Position numbers and translations under genes: made by a program. DNA of 63,893 nt, the filler included, from Octopus bimaculoides (taxonomy: Eukaryota), in NCBI RefSeq assembly GCF_001194135.2. It is 7 parts of 7 records of this genome, joined end to end, with 100 filler letters (N's around TTAATTAATTAA, not from the genome) between each part and the next. Parts side by side here need not be neighbours in the genome. Positions count along the whole stretch, not along the records: positions 35,053 to 56,756 come from NW_026385542.1; 6 more parts are not named here. One strand, given 5' to 3'. The notes under the pieces are model-generated. The model searched no databases. It had not been told where the DNA came from and worked only from the letters and a program-made list of their open reading frames with translations. This document shows, in pieces, positions 36,826 to 50,020 of the stretch; the stretch's first letter is position 1, and each line of letters opens with the position of its first letter.

Positions 36826-38112
36826 AATCATCACCAACACCACCACCATCAGCCGAATCATCATCACCATCAACATCATCATCATCATCATCATCACCAT
36901 CACCACCACCGTCATTATGGTCGACACGGCTACCATTCGCTGCNNNNNNNNNNNNNNNNNNNNNNNNNNNNNNNNNNNNNNNNNNNNNNNNNNNNNNNNN
37001 NNNNNNNNNNNNNNNNNNNNNNNNNNNNNNNNNNNNNNNNNNNNNNNNNNNNNNNNNNNNNNNNNNNNNNNNNNNNNNNNNNNNNNNNNNNNNNNNNNNN
37101 NNNNNNNNNNNNNNNNNNNNNNNNNNNNNNNNNNNNNNNNNNNNNNNNNNNNNNNNNNNNNNNNNNNNNNNNNNNNNNNNNNNNNNNNNNNNNNNNNNNN
37201 NNNNNNNNNNNNNNNNNNNNNNNNNNNNNNNNNNNNNNNNNNNNNNNNNNNNNNNNNNNNNNNNNNNNNNNNNNNNNNNNNNNNNNNNNNNNNNNNNNNN
37301 NNNNNNNNNNNNNNNNNNNNNNNNNNNNNNNNNNNNNNNNNNNNNNNNNNNNNNNNNNNNNNNNNNNNNNNNNNNNNNNNNNNNNNNNNNNNNNNNNNNN
37401 NNNNNNNNNNNNNNNNNNNNNNNNNNNNNNNNNNNNNNNNNNNNNNNNNNNNNNNNNNNNNNNNNNNNNNNNNNNNNNNNNNNNNNNNNNNNNNNNNNNN
37501 NNNNNNNNNNNNNNNNNNNNNNNNNNNNNNNNNNNNNNNNNNNNNNNNNNNNNNNNNNNNNNNNNNNNNNNNNNNNNNNNNNNNNNNNNNNNNNNNNNNN
37601 NNNNNNNNNNNNNNNNNNNNNNNNNNNNNNNNNNNNNNNNNNNNNNNNNNNNNNNNNNNNNNNNNNNNNNNNNNNNNNNNNNNNNNNNNNNNNNNNNNNN
37701 NNNNNNNNNNNNNNNNNNNNNNNNNNNNNNNNNNNNNNNNNNNNNNNNNNNNNNNNNNNNNNNNNNNNNNNNNNNNNNNNNNNNNNNNNTATATATATAT
37801 ATATATATATGCAGATATATACGTGTGTATGTATGCATGAATGTGTGTATGTGTCTGTCCTTGATGGCTGTGTGCGTGTAAGCGTGTGTGTTTAAGATTT
37901 CGTTTTCATTTCTCTAGATTCTTATTACATTTCCCATGTGGAATGGAAAAGATGATCTTGTTGATAATGTGTGTGATAAGATAGTGTAGGAAGATTTGAT
38001 AATAATGATAAATAATAATGATGATGATAATAGTAATAATGATAATAATAATAATCATATTAATAATAATAATAATAATAGATAATAATAATAATAATAA
38101 TAATAATAATAT

Positions 38113-38143
<31 letters not shown>

Positions 38144-38640
38144 GATAATAATAATAATAATAATAATAATCATAATAATAATAATAATGATAACAATAAT
38201 GGCGGATCTCGACAGCGACCACGACCTTCTCGATGGTGTTGGTGGTTGTGGTGATGATGATGATGATGATGATGATAACGATGACGATGATGATGATGAT
38301 GATGAGGCGGAGGAGGAGGAGGGCAACGAAGAAGACGAGAGGAGAACGAGGATGACGACAATGATGATGATGATGATGATGACGAGACGACGATGATGAT
38401 GACGATGATGACGACGATGATGATGTTGAGGAGGAGGAGGAGGAAGAGGGGGAGGGGAGGAGGGGAGGAGGAGGAGGAGGANNNNNNNNNNNNNNNNNNN
38501 NNGGGAGGAGGAGGAAGAGGGGGAGGAGGAGGAAGAGGGGGAGGAGGAGGAAGAGGGGGAGGAGGAGGAAGAGGAAGAAGAGGACAACAACGACGACGAC
38601 GATAATGATGATGATGATGATGATGATGACGATGATGACG
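36340..38640. repeat. Compound trinucleotide low-complexity region (CAC/CAT, AAT, GAT, GGA) with gaps
   Basis: Direct read; includes an 18-bp unit GGGAGGAGGAGGAAGAGG about four times at ~38502-38575. Confidence 0.9.
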
Positions 38641-39526
38641 TTGAGACTACTATACCAACCCGTATATGTTGTTTTTGTTATGATAAAACATTTGTAAAAT
38701 AGACTTACTTGAAACAGCGATGATTTTTGCAGAATGAATTTTATTTTTTAATACATACTTCCGGTCTGACATGTTGTTTTTCAACGAAACCAAACTGGCC
38801 GACATCTAAAGAACATATTTAAATGAGCAGTTTATATAAAGTAGCTTATATTCTGTCTAAACTTCCGCCTCCTATCAATTATTTATTTTGCAGTTCATTT
38901 TGTTTTCATATTTTTACTGTTTTATTTCATTTGTTCTTTTCAGTATTTTTTGTTTTGTTTTGTTTTGGTTTGTTTTGTTTTTTTCATATGTTTACCGTGG
39001 AAAACATAGATGCAGGCATTTAGGTCTGGGTGAAATTCGTTTCTTGCCTTGGGTTGTTCTTAGTTCGGTATTACTCCACGGTATATTCAGCAAGCCGTGT
39101 TTTATGGAGCCGATGTACAATATTTGCCGGTGTAGAAGAGAAGTCCTGTTCATTTTAAACGTAACAAAAATGGCCGCGCATCAGGCGCGCGGGCGTGGTT
39201 GTGTGGTGAGAAGTCTGCTTCGTAACCACATGGTTACGGGTTCTGTCCAACTACGTGGTACCTTGGGACGATCAAAGCCTTGTGAATGGATTTGGTAGAC
39301 GAAACTGAAAGAAGCCGCTTCAGTACTTATATACTGTTCTTTCTAGAATGTTAGGCAACCTGTTAAGGCTCGCCTCTTTGTGTTATTTTGTCTCTAATTT
39401 ATATCTATATTCATCACCCAATGAGACACATCAGTCAAGTGTCCTCCCCGTGAAGGATCGATGCTAGCTGTGTCAAAATAATTGTCGTCTTTACTAAAAA
39501 TTCTCGTATATTCCATCTTCTGTATT

Positions 39527-39862
39527 TCGTGGTTCCAGGTTCAGTGTCTTTTACTATACCCTCGGGCCGACCGAAGCCTTATGAGTGGATTTGGTAGACG
39601 AAAACTGAAAGAAGCCCGTCGTATATGTGTGTGTGTTTGTCTGTCGTTCTGTCTGTGTGTCTTTGTGTGTATATTTGTGTATGTTTGTGTTTGTCCCTCC
39701 GCCCTCGCTTGACAACGGATGCTGGTGTGTTTACGTCCCCGTAACTTAGAATAAGTTCTAGGCTTACAAAGAATAAGTCCTGGGTTCGATTTATTCGACT
39801 AAAGGCGGTACTCCAGCATGGCCGCGGTCAAATGACTGAAACAAGTAAAAGAATAAAAGAAT
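39527..39862 (+). mobile_element. SINE family B copy (tRNA-derived, CORE-like)
   Basis: GGTTCCAGGTTCAG head remnant, CCGAAGCCTTATGAGTGGATTTGGTAGACG, TG tract, CTTGACAACGGATGCTGG, tail GGCGGTACTCCAGCATGGCCGCGGTCAAATGACTGAAACAAGTAAAAG. A CORE-like CTTGGGCAAGTG is seen in the 45.0 kb copy (reverse complement). Other partial copies at ~19480-19570 (-), 39190-39320 (+), 45020-45112 (-), 53435-53570 (-), 56955-57055 (-). CORE assignment is from recall. Confidence 0.85.
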
Positions 39863-39872
39863 CAAAGAATAG

Positions 39873-39945
<73 letters not shown>

Positions 39946-40634
39946 GACACACACACACATACATAACATACATATATACACGTATATCTGTACACATACA
40001 TACACAGAATATGTACATCAATATATATTTTTTCTATCCCGCCCCACGAACCCGAGTTACCCTAATCACCTTCGGACATACTTTCATCCAAACCTCTGAC
40101 CAATTGCTCATCTTATAAGATCGCAGAGCATACAATAGCTATTTTCAGCTTAAGGTGGGAGGCCTGCAATTATTATTATTATTATTATTATCATTATTAT
40201 TATTATCATCATCATTATTATTGTTGTTGTTTTGTTATTCTTCGTCTCTTGGTTCTTGCATCTTTTTGATTTTTTTAAAGATTATTTTTCCGTGTCTAAG
40301 GTCATTAAACGCTATGCCAATACGCCGATAGTGAGGTAGTAACAACGGCACTCCTTTATGACCAGCGCCGACGGTCGTTATTAGGAAATAATATAAAATA
40401 ACTTGGTTAATACAATATGGCCTCCAAACACTTCCGGTATTTTCGTGGACGTGAGAGATATGTATATATTTTAATCTTTATTGTATTATAAGGTAACTTC
40501 TGGCTTTCTTTCGGTGAGAGCGGACATGTGTACGTATCTCTGTACACATATGTGTATGTGTGTGTGTGTGTGTACATATGTATACATGTATAGATAACAG
40601 ATATGTATACAAATGTACATACACATATTATACG

Positions 40635-40666
<32 letters not shown>

Positions 40667-40837
40667 CATAGATATCATATGNNNNNNNNNNNNNNNNNNN
40701 NNNNNNNNNNNNNNNNNNNNNNNNNNNNNNNNNNNNNNNNNNNNNNNNNNNNNNNNNNNNNNNNNNNNNNNNNNNNNNNNNNNNNNNNNNNNNNNNNNNN
40801 NNNNNNNNNNNNNNNNNNNNNNNNNNNNNNNNNNNNN

Positions 40838-40885
<48 letters not shown>

Positions 40886-41030
40886 AGTATCTTTCTAAGA
40901 TTCTACTCCAGGTGTAGGGCAAATATTTTGATGTTTTTAAATATATTTTAACTGTTGGCTTATATGAGTGTGTACGAGTGTGTGTGTATGTGAGTCTCTG
41001 TGTGTGTGTCTGTGTGTATGCGTGAGCATT

Positions 41031-41093
<63 letters not shown>

Positions 41094-41138
41094 ATATACA
41101 TACATACATATTCATACTTACATCCATCCATCCATCCA

Positions 41139-41170
<32 letters not shown>

Positions 41171-41510
41171 CACATACATATATACATTGACACACTCGTA
41201 CGTTCACCATCCGACCCTTCTGACGCACACATATATCTAGCATTTACCTGGAAGTTTATGACTCAGTAACCACCTTGCTGTTTTCTATGTTTATGTACAA
41301 CCGGGTCCTTTGGGATGTTTTTAATCTTACATCTATAGTTTCCCCCCCCCTTTTATTCCGTTCTCATATCCCAAATACAAATAGTTTGGACGCAGATTCA
41401 CACCACAAAGGCATCACAATTTACAATACACCAAGAAATATATAAATATCTTAAATGCGAATTGGTTTCCAATTTTCGTTATCTGACTTGATTTATATAT
41501 TGCTTTATAA

Positions 41511-41690
41511 CTGGCAGAGACGTTAGCACGCCGGACGAAATGCTTAGAAGTATTTCGTCCGTCTTTATGTTCTGAGTTCAAATTCCGCCGAGGTCGACTT
41601 TGCCTTTCATCCTTTCGGGGTCGATAAATTAAGTACTAATCAAATAGTGGGATTCGATGTAATTGACTAGTTCCCTCCCACCAAAATTAG
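41511..41690 (+). mobile_element. Well-preserved SINE family A copy
   Basis: CTGGCAGAGACGTTAGCACGCCGGACGAAATGCTTAG..GAGTTCAAATTCCGCCGAGGTCGACTTTGCCTTTCATCCTTTCGGGGTCGATAAATTAAGTAC; CpGs intact. Confidence 0.9.
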
Positions 41691-41749
41691 ATAGACATAC
41701 CCGCATACACACGCATATATAAACATATACATATATATATGTATGTGCA

Positions 41750-41807
<58 letters not shown>

Positions 41808-43762
41808 NNNNNNNNNNNNNNNNNNNNNNNNNNNNNNNNNNNNNNNNNNNNNNNNNNNNNNNNNNNNNNNNNNNNNNNNNNNNNNNNNNNNNNNNNNNNN
41901 NNNNNNNNNNNNNNNNNNNNNNNNNNNNNNNNNNNNNNNNNNNNNNNNNNNNNNNNNNNNNNNNNNNNNNNNNNNNNNNNNNNNNNNNNNNNNNNNNNNN
42001 NNNNNNNNNNNNNNNNNNNNNNNNNNNNNNNNNNNNNNNNNNNNNNNNNNNNNNNNNNNNNNNNNNNNNNNNNNNNNNNNNNNNNNNNNNNNNNNNNNNN
42101 NNNNNNNNNNNNNNNNNNNNNNNNNNNNNNNNNNNNNNNNNNNNNNNNNNNNNNNNNNNNNNNNNNNNNNNNNNNNNNNNNNNNNNNNNNNNNNNNNNNN
42201 NNNNNNNNNNNNNNNNNNNNNNNNNNNNNNNNNNNNNNNNNNNNNNNNNNNNNNNNNNNNNNNNNNNNNNNNNNNNNNNNNNNNNNNNNNNNNNNNNNTA
42301 TATATATATATATATATATATATGTTTTTTTTTACCCCATCCGTTACCATGTACTGCATGATTTTGCTGTCCGTTATCTGGAGGGTTATTGGCGTCGCAT
42401 CATCAAATTTAGGGGCATTTGGCCAATGCGTTTTCTTCTTCATCCAAATGGCTGAGCTTAAGGACATTAGAGAAAATAATAATAAAATAGTAGTAGTAAT
42501 AATAATAATAATAATAATAATAGATATAATAAAGATAATAAAATCTTTCGTTATTGACCGCAACATCCTATACATTTTCTATGAACTATGTCAGACAAAA
42601 GAGTTACAAAACAACTCGGTAATGTAAATATATGCATACGTGTGTGTATGTGTGTGTCTCTCTCTCCCTCTCTCTCTCTATATATATGTATATATACATA
42701 TACACACATACACTCACAGAGAGAAAGGGGTACTAAGATATAGGTGGGTTTGTGAGTGTTGCATAAGGCGTGGTTGGTGGCCCAACCTTCCGAGTTCTTC
42801 AACAGGACTTTGAAAAGCAGAAGCACCGCTGCAATAAGTATGAGAGGAGAATGTATAGAATAGAATCATAATTAACTGATCCTCCTGTATTTCTTTTACC
42901 CAAAGCCAAGAACTTTTCAGCCCCCGCCCGCTGTATATCATTCATATATATATATACACATACATACATATATATNNNNNNNNNNTAAATTAATAAATTG
43001 ATATATATATATATAATTAGTGACTTCGGGGCTTCCTCCAGCTACGCACTCAACTAAACTTCGAAGTCACTATTAATACTGTTCTTGTTAGTGAATAATA
43101 AATTTGCTTTCTACCGAATGTGTTGATTAATTTTTCAATTAAATATAAAATTGTTTTTATTATAGCATATGTGTTTGTGTGAGTGTGTATCCGTAAAATT
43201 ATAATGTTCTATGCTACTTTTCTGTTTCTAAGATAATTTGATGCGAGGATTTAACTGCTGTTTATCGCATGTCGAAAAAACCCAGGGAGAAGGTTTCTCA
43301 TAGATAACTACGACTAACATCAAGATGAACCGATTTAATTAGAAGCCGCAATAATAATTTGCAATAAACAAAAGTCATTCATCTACGCACCTTTATTTTG
43401 AACTCACCATCCATGAGTTTGGTACTCTCATACCCTCTCCCCGCTACCAAAAAAGAAAAAAGAGAGAATAGAGGATAAAAGAAAGAAAAACAGAAAGAAA
43501 GGAAAAAGAAGGAAAGGGAAGGAGGGAAGAAGGAAGAAAGAAAGAAATATATTAATTAGTAAGTTTGTAGGGGACATTTAAAAAGAAGAGATAAGTATTT
43601 AAGTTCATGGTTTGGCTCTGAACAAGGCTATTATAGTGCAGTATACAATACGATGGGGTTATCCTACCCACCCTATCAGACTCGCATACAAAAACAATGA
43701 AACAAAGAATTACACTGCGATTCTACCCCGCACACCTCGCACAAACATACACACATACATAC

Positions 43763-43808
<46 letters not shown>

Positions 43809-45545
43809 NNNNNNNNNNNNNNNNNNNNNNNNNNNNNNNNNNNNNNNNNNNNNNNNNNNNNNNNNNNNNNNNNNNNNNNNNNNNNNNNNNNNNNNNNNNN
43901 NNNNNNNNNNNNNNNNNNNNNNNNNNNNNNNNNNNNNNNNNNNNNNNNNNNNNNNNNNNNNNNNNNNNNNNNNNNNNNNNNNNNNNNNNNNNNNNNNNNN
44001 NNNNNNNNNNNNNNNNNNNNNNNNNNNNNNNNNNNNNNNNNNNNNNNNNNNNNNNNNNNNNNNNNNNNNNNNNNNNNNNNNNNNNNNNNNNNNNNNNNNN
44101 NNNNNNNNNNNNNNNNNNNNNNNNNNNNNNNNNNNNNNNNNNNNNNNNNNNNNNNNNNNNNNNNNNNNNNNNNNNNNNNNNNNNNNNNNNNNNNNNNNNN
44201 NNNNNNNNNNNNNNNNNNNNNNNNNNNNNNNNNNNNNNNNNNNNNNNNNNNNNNNNNNNNNNNNNNNNNNNNNNNNNNNNNNNNNNNNNNNNNNNNNNNN
44301 NNNNNNNNNNNNNNNNNNNNNNNNNNNNNNNNNNNNNNNNNNNNNNNNNNNNNNNNNNNNNAAAAGATAAATTGATAATATACGAGAAAAGCCGTCTAGG
44401 TGAGACGGGTAAAAAGAATTCTTGAGATAAGGCGGGAGAACTGTTGTTGGCGATGGTCGTGGCGGAGTTAGTGTTATTGCGGAGGTTGTAGTGGTGGCGG
44501 TGGTGGTAGTGGTGGTGGTGGTGGTGGTGGTAGTGGTGGTGGTGGTGGTATGTGTTGAGGTGGTGTTTGTGGTGGAGGGTGTAGTAAAGTTCTTGCGGAA
44601 GAGGTTATAGTGGAAGTGGTTGTAGTACTGGTTACGTTATTGTAGTGGTGGTGCTGGTGCTGGTGACACTGGTGGTTGTGGTGGTGGTGGTACCCACGAG
44701 ATATAGTGGTGGTGGGGGCAGCAGTAGTATTGTTGTTGGTCTCGTTCCTTTTGTTGTTGTGTCGTGATAGTGGTGTTGGTGAAAGTATAGTGCAGGTAAT
44801 GGTACTGCTGCGTGGCACGGTTAGCGGTGACGGGTTTGGTGACGATGATGATGACGATGACGACAGCGAAGACGACGACGACGTGTGTGTGTGTGTGTTC
44901 ATGTATCGAATATGGTTTGCATTTGTGGCACCATGCCTTTGCACACTGTCTTAAGCGTGTGAATAGCCCTGAGCATAAGGACAAACTTCCGACCTAACTA
45001 CCCTTTCACCAACTCTTAAATACGAAGCTATAGTTGAAGACACTTGCCCAAGATGCCACGCGGTGGGACTGAACCCGGAACCATGTGGTTGGGAAGCCAC
45101 TCCTGCGCCTATGTTCACAAATGCCTTCTTTTCTTCAGAAGAAAAACAAAAACTAGACTAGCATTTTTATATTGATTTTTGAAAATGTTTCCCCAAATTC
45201 GGAGTTGGTTGTAGCTGCCATTAGGTGTTTGTTTACCTTCAATAAAACAAGAAATTGTATTTTATGGTGTTTAGTATCCCTTCATGATTGTTCTTCGTCT
45301 TTGTTGTCCAGATCCTGCGGCTGGCCATTTAGTTTTATCGCTTTGCGTATTTTGTCTTTTTCATGAGTATATATTTATGTATATCTGCATGTGTGTGTGT
45401 GTGCGATTGTGTGTGTATGTGCATGTGCGCGTGTGTGTGTGCGCGTGTGTGTGTGCGCGTGAATATATATATAAATATATGTGTGTGTGTCTGTACGAGA
45501 GTCAGTACATGTGTGTGTATGTATGCATATATATGCATATCTATA

Positions 45546-45588
<43 letters not shown>

Positions 45589-46309
45589 GTAAGTATGTGT
45601 GTGTGAGTGTGTGTATGCGTGTGTGTGTGTGTACACACATACATAAATGCAAGTAAACCTGCACAAACGTACATATGTTTTACTCAACATATACATGCAT
45701 GAAGCCATACGTACACACACAGATACCATATATACATACTTACATACATAAGTACATGCATACACACATACATACATACATGTATACATACATACATACA
45801 TGTATACATACATACACGCATGTATACATACATGCATATACAGAAACATGCACGCAATCATACATACATACATACATGCCTACACAAAAACATCTCGGCA
45901 CCACGTGCCAAGATGAAAAGAAATTCTTTCATGATTGATGGCGGAACCTATCCTTCTCCTCCTCCCCTCCTCCACCTCCTCCTCATCCTCCACCTCTTGC
46001 TCCAGCTCTTCCTCCTCCTCCTCCTCCTCCACCTCTTTCTGCTCTTCCTCCACCTCCTCTTTCTCTTTTTCGTCTTTTATTTCTAACCCTACTTCCGATT
46101 TTATTTTCTGTCTTTCTTTCTTTCCTTCATTTCTTTTATTCTTTTTGTCTTTCCTTAATTTTTCCTTCACTTTTCTTCTTCCCATTTCTCATTCCCGCTT
46201 TCCTCTTCACTTCTTTCTTTCTTTCCTTCTTTCCTTCCTTCTCTCTTAACTTCCTCCTCTCCCCTTGCTTTCAATATTCCTTTCTCTATCTCATCTTTTC
46301 TTTCTGTTT

Positions 46310-46375
46310 AACTGGAACGTGAAACTCGGAGTAACAGTCTTTTGTTATATTTCTGCTACTTTTAAATAAAGTATA
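46310..46375 (+). mobile_element. Fragment of hammerhead-bearing repeat (same family as 53200-53385)
   Basis: GGAACGTGAAACTCGGAGTAACAGTCTTTTGTTATATTTCTGCTACTTTTAAATAAAGTATAT matches both arms of the 53.3 kb palindrome. Confidence 0.6.
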
Positions 46376-46568
46376 TATCTATCTATATATAAATATAATT
46401 AATTATTACAATTGAAAGGGTAAAGGATTATCAATTATTAATAAATTAATAATTAATAATTTTTACCAAGCCCTTCGGTATGTAAGCACCATTATCGGTG
46501 TGGAACTTATTTAAAAGTTCTTATACATTTATAAACAAATGTTGCTGATCCCTTAATTTTGTTTATAA

Positions 46569-46622
<54 letters not shown>

Positions 46623-47334
46623 NNNNNNNNNNNNNNNNNNNNNNNNNNNNNNNNNNNNNNNNNNNNNNNNNNNNNNNNNNNNNNNNNNNNNNNNNNNNNN
46701 NNNNNNNNNNNNNNNNNNNNNNNNNNNNNNNNNNNNNNNNNNNNNNNNNNNNNNNNNNNNNNNNNNNNNNNNNNNNNNNNNNNNNNNNNNNNNNNNNNNN
46801 NNNNNNNNNNNNNNNNNNNNNNNNNNNNNNNNNNNNNNNNNNNNNNNNNNNNNNNNNNNNNNNNNNNNNNNNNNNNNNNNNNNNNNNNNNNNNNNNNNNN
46901 NNNNNNNNNNNNNNNNNNNNNNNNNNNNNNNNNNNNNNNNNNNNNNNNNNNNNNNNNNNNNNNNNNNNNNNNNNNNNNNNNNNNNNNNNNNNNNNNNNNN
47001 NNNNNNNNNNNNNNNNNNNNNNNNNNNNNNNNNNNNNNNNNNNNNNNNNNNNNNNNNNNNNNNNNNNNNNNNNNNNNNNNNNNNNNNNNNNNNNNNNNNN
47101 NNNNNNNNNNNNNNNNNNNNNNNNNNNNNNNNNNNNNNNNNNNNNNNNNNNNNNNNNNNNNNNNNNNNNNNNNNNNNNNNNNNNNNNNNNNNNNNNNNNN
47201 NNNNNNNNNNNNNNNNNNNNNNNNNNNNNNNNNNNNNNNNNNNNNNNNNNNNNNNNNNNNNNNNNNNNNNNNNNNNNNNNNNNNNNNNNNNNNNNNNNNN
47301 NNNNNNNNNNNNNNNNNNNNNNNNNNNNNNNNNN

Positions 47335-47367
<33 letters not shown>

Positions 47368-47549
47368 AAAGGAACATTACTTTATAGGTAAAGCGTTAGA
47401 CACATGATTGTAAGGTTGTAGTCTCGGTTCCCAGTCTGGGTGGTGCGTGATGTTCACGAGGAAAAGTACTTCAGTCACGCCAGTGTTATAATGTAGATGA
47501 AGGTATGTACATACATGTACATATATATGCATATACTCATATATTATTG

Positions 47550-47580
<31 letters not shown>

Positions 47581-47613
47581 TGCGTACATGACTGTGTTTT
47601 TGTATGAGTGCAT

Positions 47614-47683
<70 letters not shown>

Positions 47684-47835
47684 ATGCATACATACCTACA
47701 CATTTATCTGCACCGATTCAGACAAGTACAATCGGACATCATAAAAGATAAGATATTCTCTGAAACACACAGCATACTTCGCAGGAACCATCACGTTACG
47801 TGCACTACGCAGTGGCATTCGTAGCCGCCACCACC

Positions 47836-47869
<34 letters not shown>

Positions 47870-47872
47870 CTA

Positions 47873-47925
<53 letters not shown>

Positions 47926-48224
47926 TTGCTGCTGCAAACGCAGTAGGACCAGGCCATTTGCATACGCCCTTCGCTGCCATTACGCACCGCTGTACAAAAC
48001 ATGGTCGTTAAACTTTGGCCCATGCTCTCCCTGCGCTCATTGGCCTAACATTTCCGTCCAGCCGTGCCATTTACTACAAATAACTCCCAGTTGGTTCGTT
48101 TTTCACGCTTGAAAGCCAACCGAGGTACTTTAAACCGACATTTTAGTGTCAATCTAAAAGAAAAAAAAAGAAAAAGAAAAGAAAGAAAAAAGAAGAAAAG
48201 AAAAGAAAAACACCAAACAACTCC

Positions 48225-48275
<51 letters not shown>

Positions 48276-48397
48276 TATGTGGTGGTGGTGGCGGTGATGG
48301 TCGTGGTGGTGGTAGTTGTAGCAGTAGTAGATGTAATAATGGTAGCTTGACATATGAGGTTGTCATAGTGTACGAAGTGATGGTGGTGGTGGTGGTA

Positions 48398-48447
<50 letters not shown>

Positions 48448-49433
48448 TGTAGTAGTAGTAGTAGTTGTAGTAGTAGTAACTAATAAATTATACAGTCATT
48501 GAGTGTGAGAGAGATGCAACAAAAATTTCAAGTTTAGTGATGGTGGAGACGGTGGTGGTGGTGGTGGTGGTAATGGTGGGGTTAATGGTAGTGGTGTTGG
48601 GGNNNNNNNNNNGGTGGTGGAGATATATAATTTTGGTTTGGTGGTAGAACGGGAGATTAATTTAAATGTTCGTTAAAAACAGTTAAAACAGCCTAAAATT
48701 TGAAGAGAGAGGGGGAGAGAGAGAGAAGAAAGAGGGAGAGAGGTAGAAAGAAGAAATGGAGAGAGAGAGAGAGGGAGAGAGAGAGAGAGGGAGCGAGCGA
48801 GTACCCTAAAATCGGAGCAAATTTATGAAGAACATAAGAGACAAACGAAGACAAAATAGTAAACCTGTATATCAGATCTCCTCCTCCGTCCTCGCATCTT
48901 TCACACCACACCGCTCTCTTCACCTCTCGCCTCTCTCATCTTTCGTTTATTGCAATTAACTCCTCATTCACTTCCTGTTCGTACCAAATTACCTATTCAG
49001 CGTTTCCTTTTTCTATCTTATTCTTTCTTTCTTTCTTTCTTTCTTTCCATCGGTCTTTCCGCGATCGTGACACTCACTTCACAGATCATAAGCGGAAACG
49101 GTCAGTTATTGTTGTTGTTTTCGTTTTCGGTTATATTCCCCTCACCCTACCCCACCCACTCTTCACTGCCATCAGATATATTGAAGCCCCCTCAAAATCC
49201 CTACATTCATCGCTAATATTACACAATGTTTCTCGGAATTCGGGTTTTAACCGTTGAGAAAAGAACCTTAAATGTTATTTAAACAAGGGAAGGAAAAAGT
49301 CCATGACCCTTTTCTGGGGCTCCGAGATTGGTGGGAGAAAGATAGACAGGAATACTGCAAAAGATTGGCCCAGCACAATAACGTTTCTGTTAACCTATAA
49401 CCCATCATTCGAATGTCTAATGTTATTCAATAG

Positions 49434-50020
49434 TAAGATGCAAAGAAAATAATCCTGATTTGTTTATTCTCAACCCATGACGAAGTTAAAAGTCCGAAAC
49501 GATATAATTATTATCTTATTAGCAGCTAAACAATTTATTCAACATTTGATCTGTTAAGAGACAGTTACTTCACGTGTAAGAAGACAAAGAGTAGGATGCA
49601 AGGAAACTCACTACCAATCTGCTTATTTTCCTATCACGAGCATCTCTTTCCGACGAAGAGAAGAAGTCCGAAACGTCACAATATTTCCACACATTAACAG
49701 AAAATCAATTTGCCCAACATATGAAGTGTTTACAGAAAATAACCTTGAGGGTAAACAAACATACAAGGAAATTACTCTTGATTTGTTTATTCTGAACAAA
49801 CAGCAAACGTTTTTACGAGGAAGTAAATTAGCCCGAAACGTTGTACATTTTCTCTTTCCAACAACAAACAAAAATATCTTACATTTCATATAGGAAGATA
49901 GAATAGTGTGGGGCAGGATGCAGGATAACTCGCTACGAACCTGTTTGTTTATTCACTTTCAGGAAGCATCTGTTTCCGACGAAGAGAACTTACCCAAAAC
50001 GTCACAATATTTCCTCATAC
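49434..50020 (+). ncRNA. Degenerate tandem array (4 x ~165 bp) with hammerhead-ribozyme-like cores
   Basis: Cores at 49477-49501, 49650-49677, 49815-49842 and 49976-50003, consensus (C)CGACGAAG-N8-10-CCGAAACGTC. Shared upstream AGGATGCA..GGAAA and TTGTTTATTC. The repeat structure is seen directly; the ribozyme call is inference. Confidence 0.45.

Noticed and set aside
36400-37881. 493-aa His-rich ORF and other long poly-H/D/S/I/CV ORFs
   Set aside because: Translations of microsatellites and N runs; no domain content or splice context.
49434-50020. CRISPR array interpretation of the periodic motif
   Set aside because: Eukaryotic context, no cas genes, and whole ~165-bp units are homologous rather than identical repeats with unique spacers.
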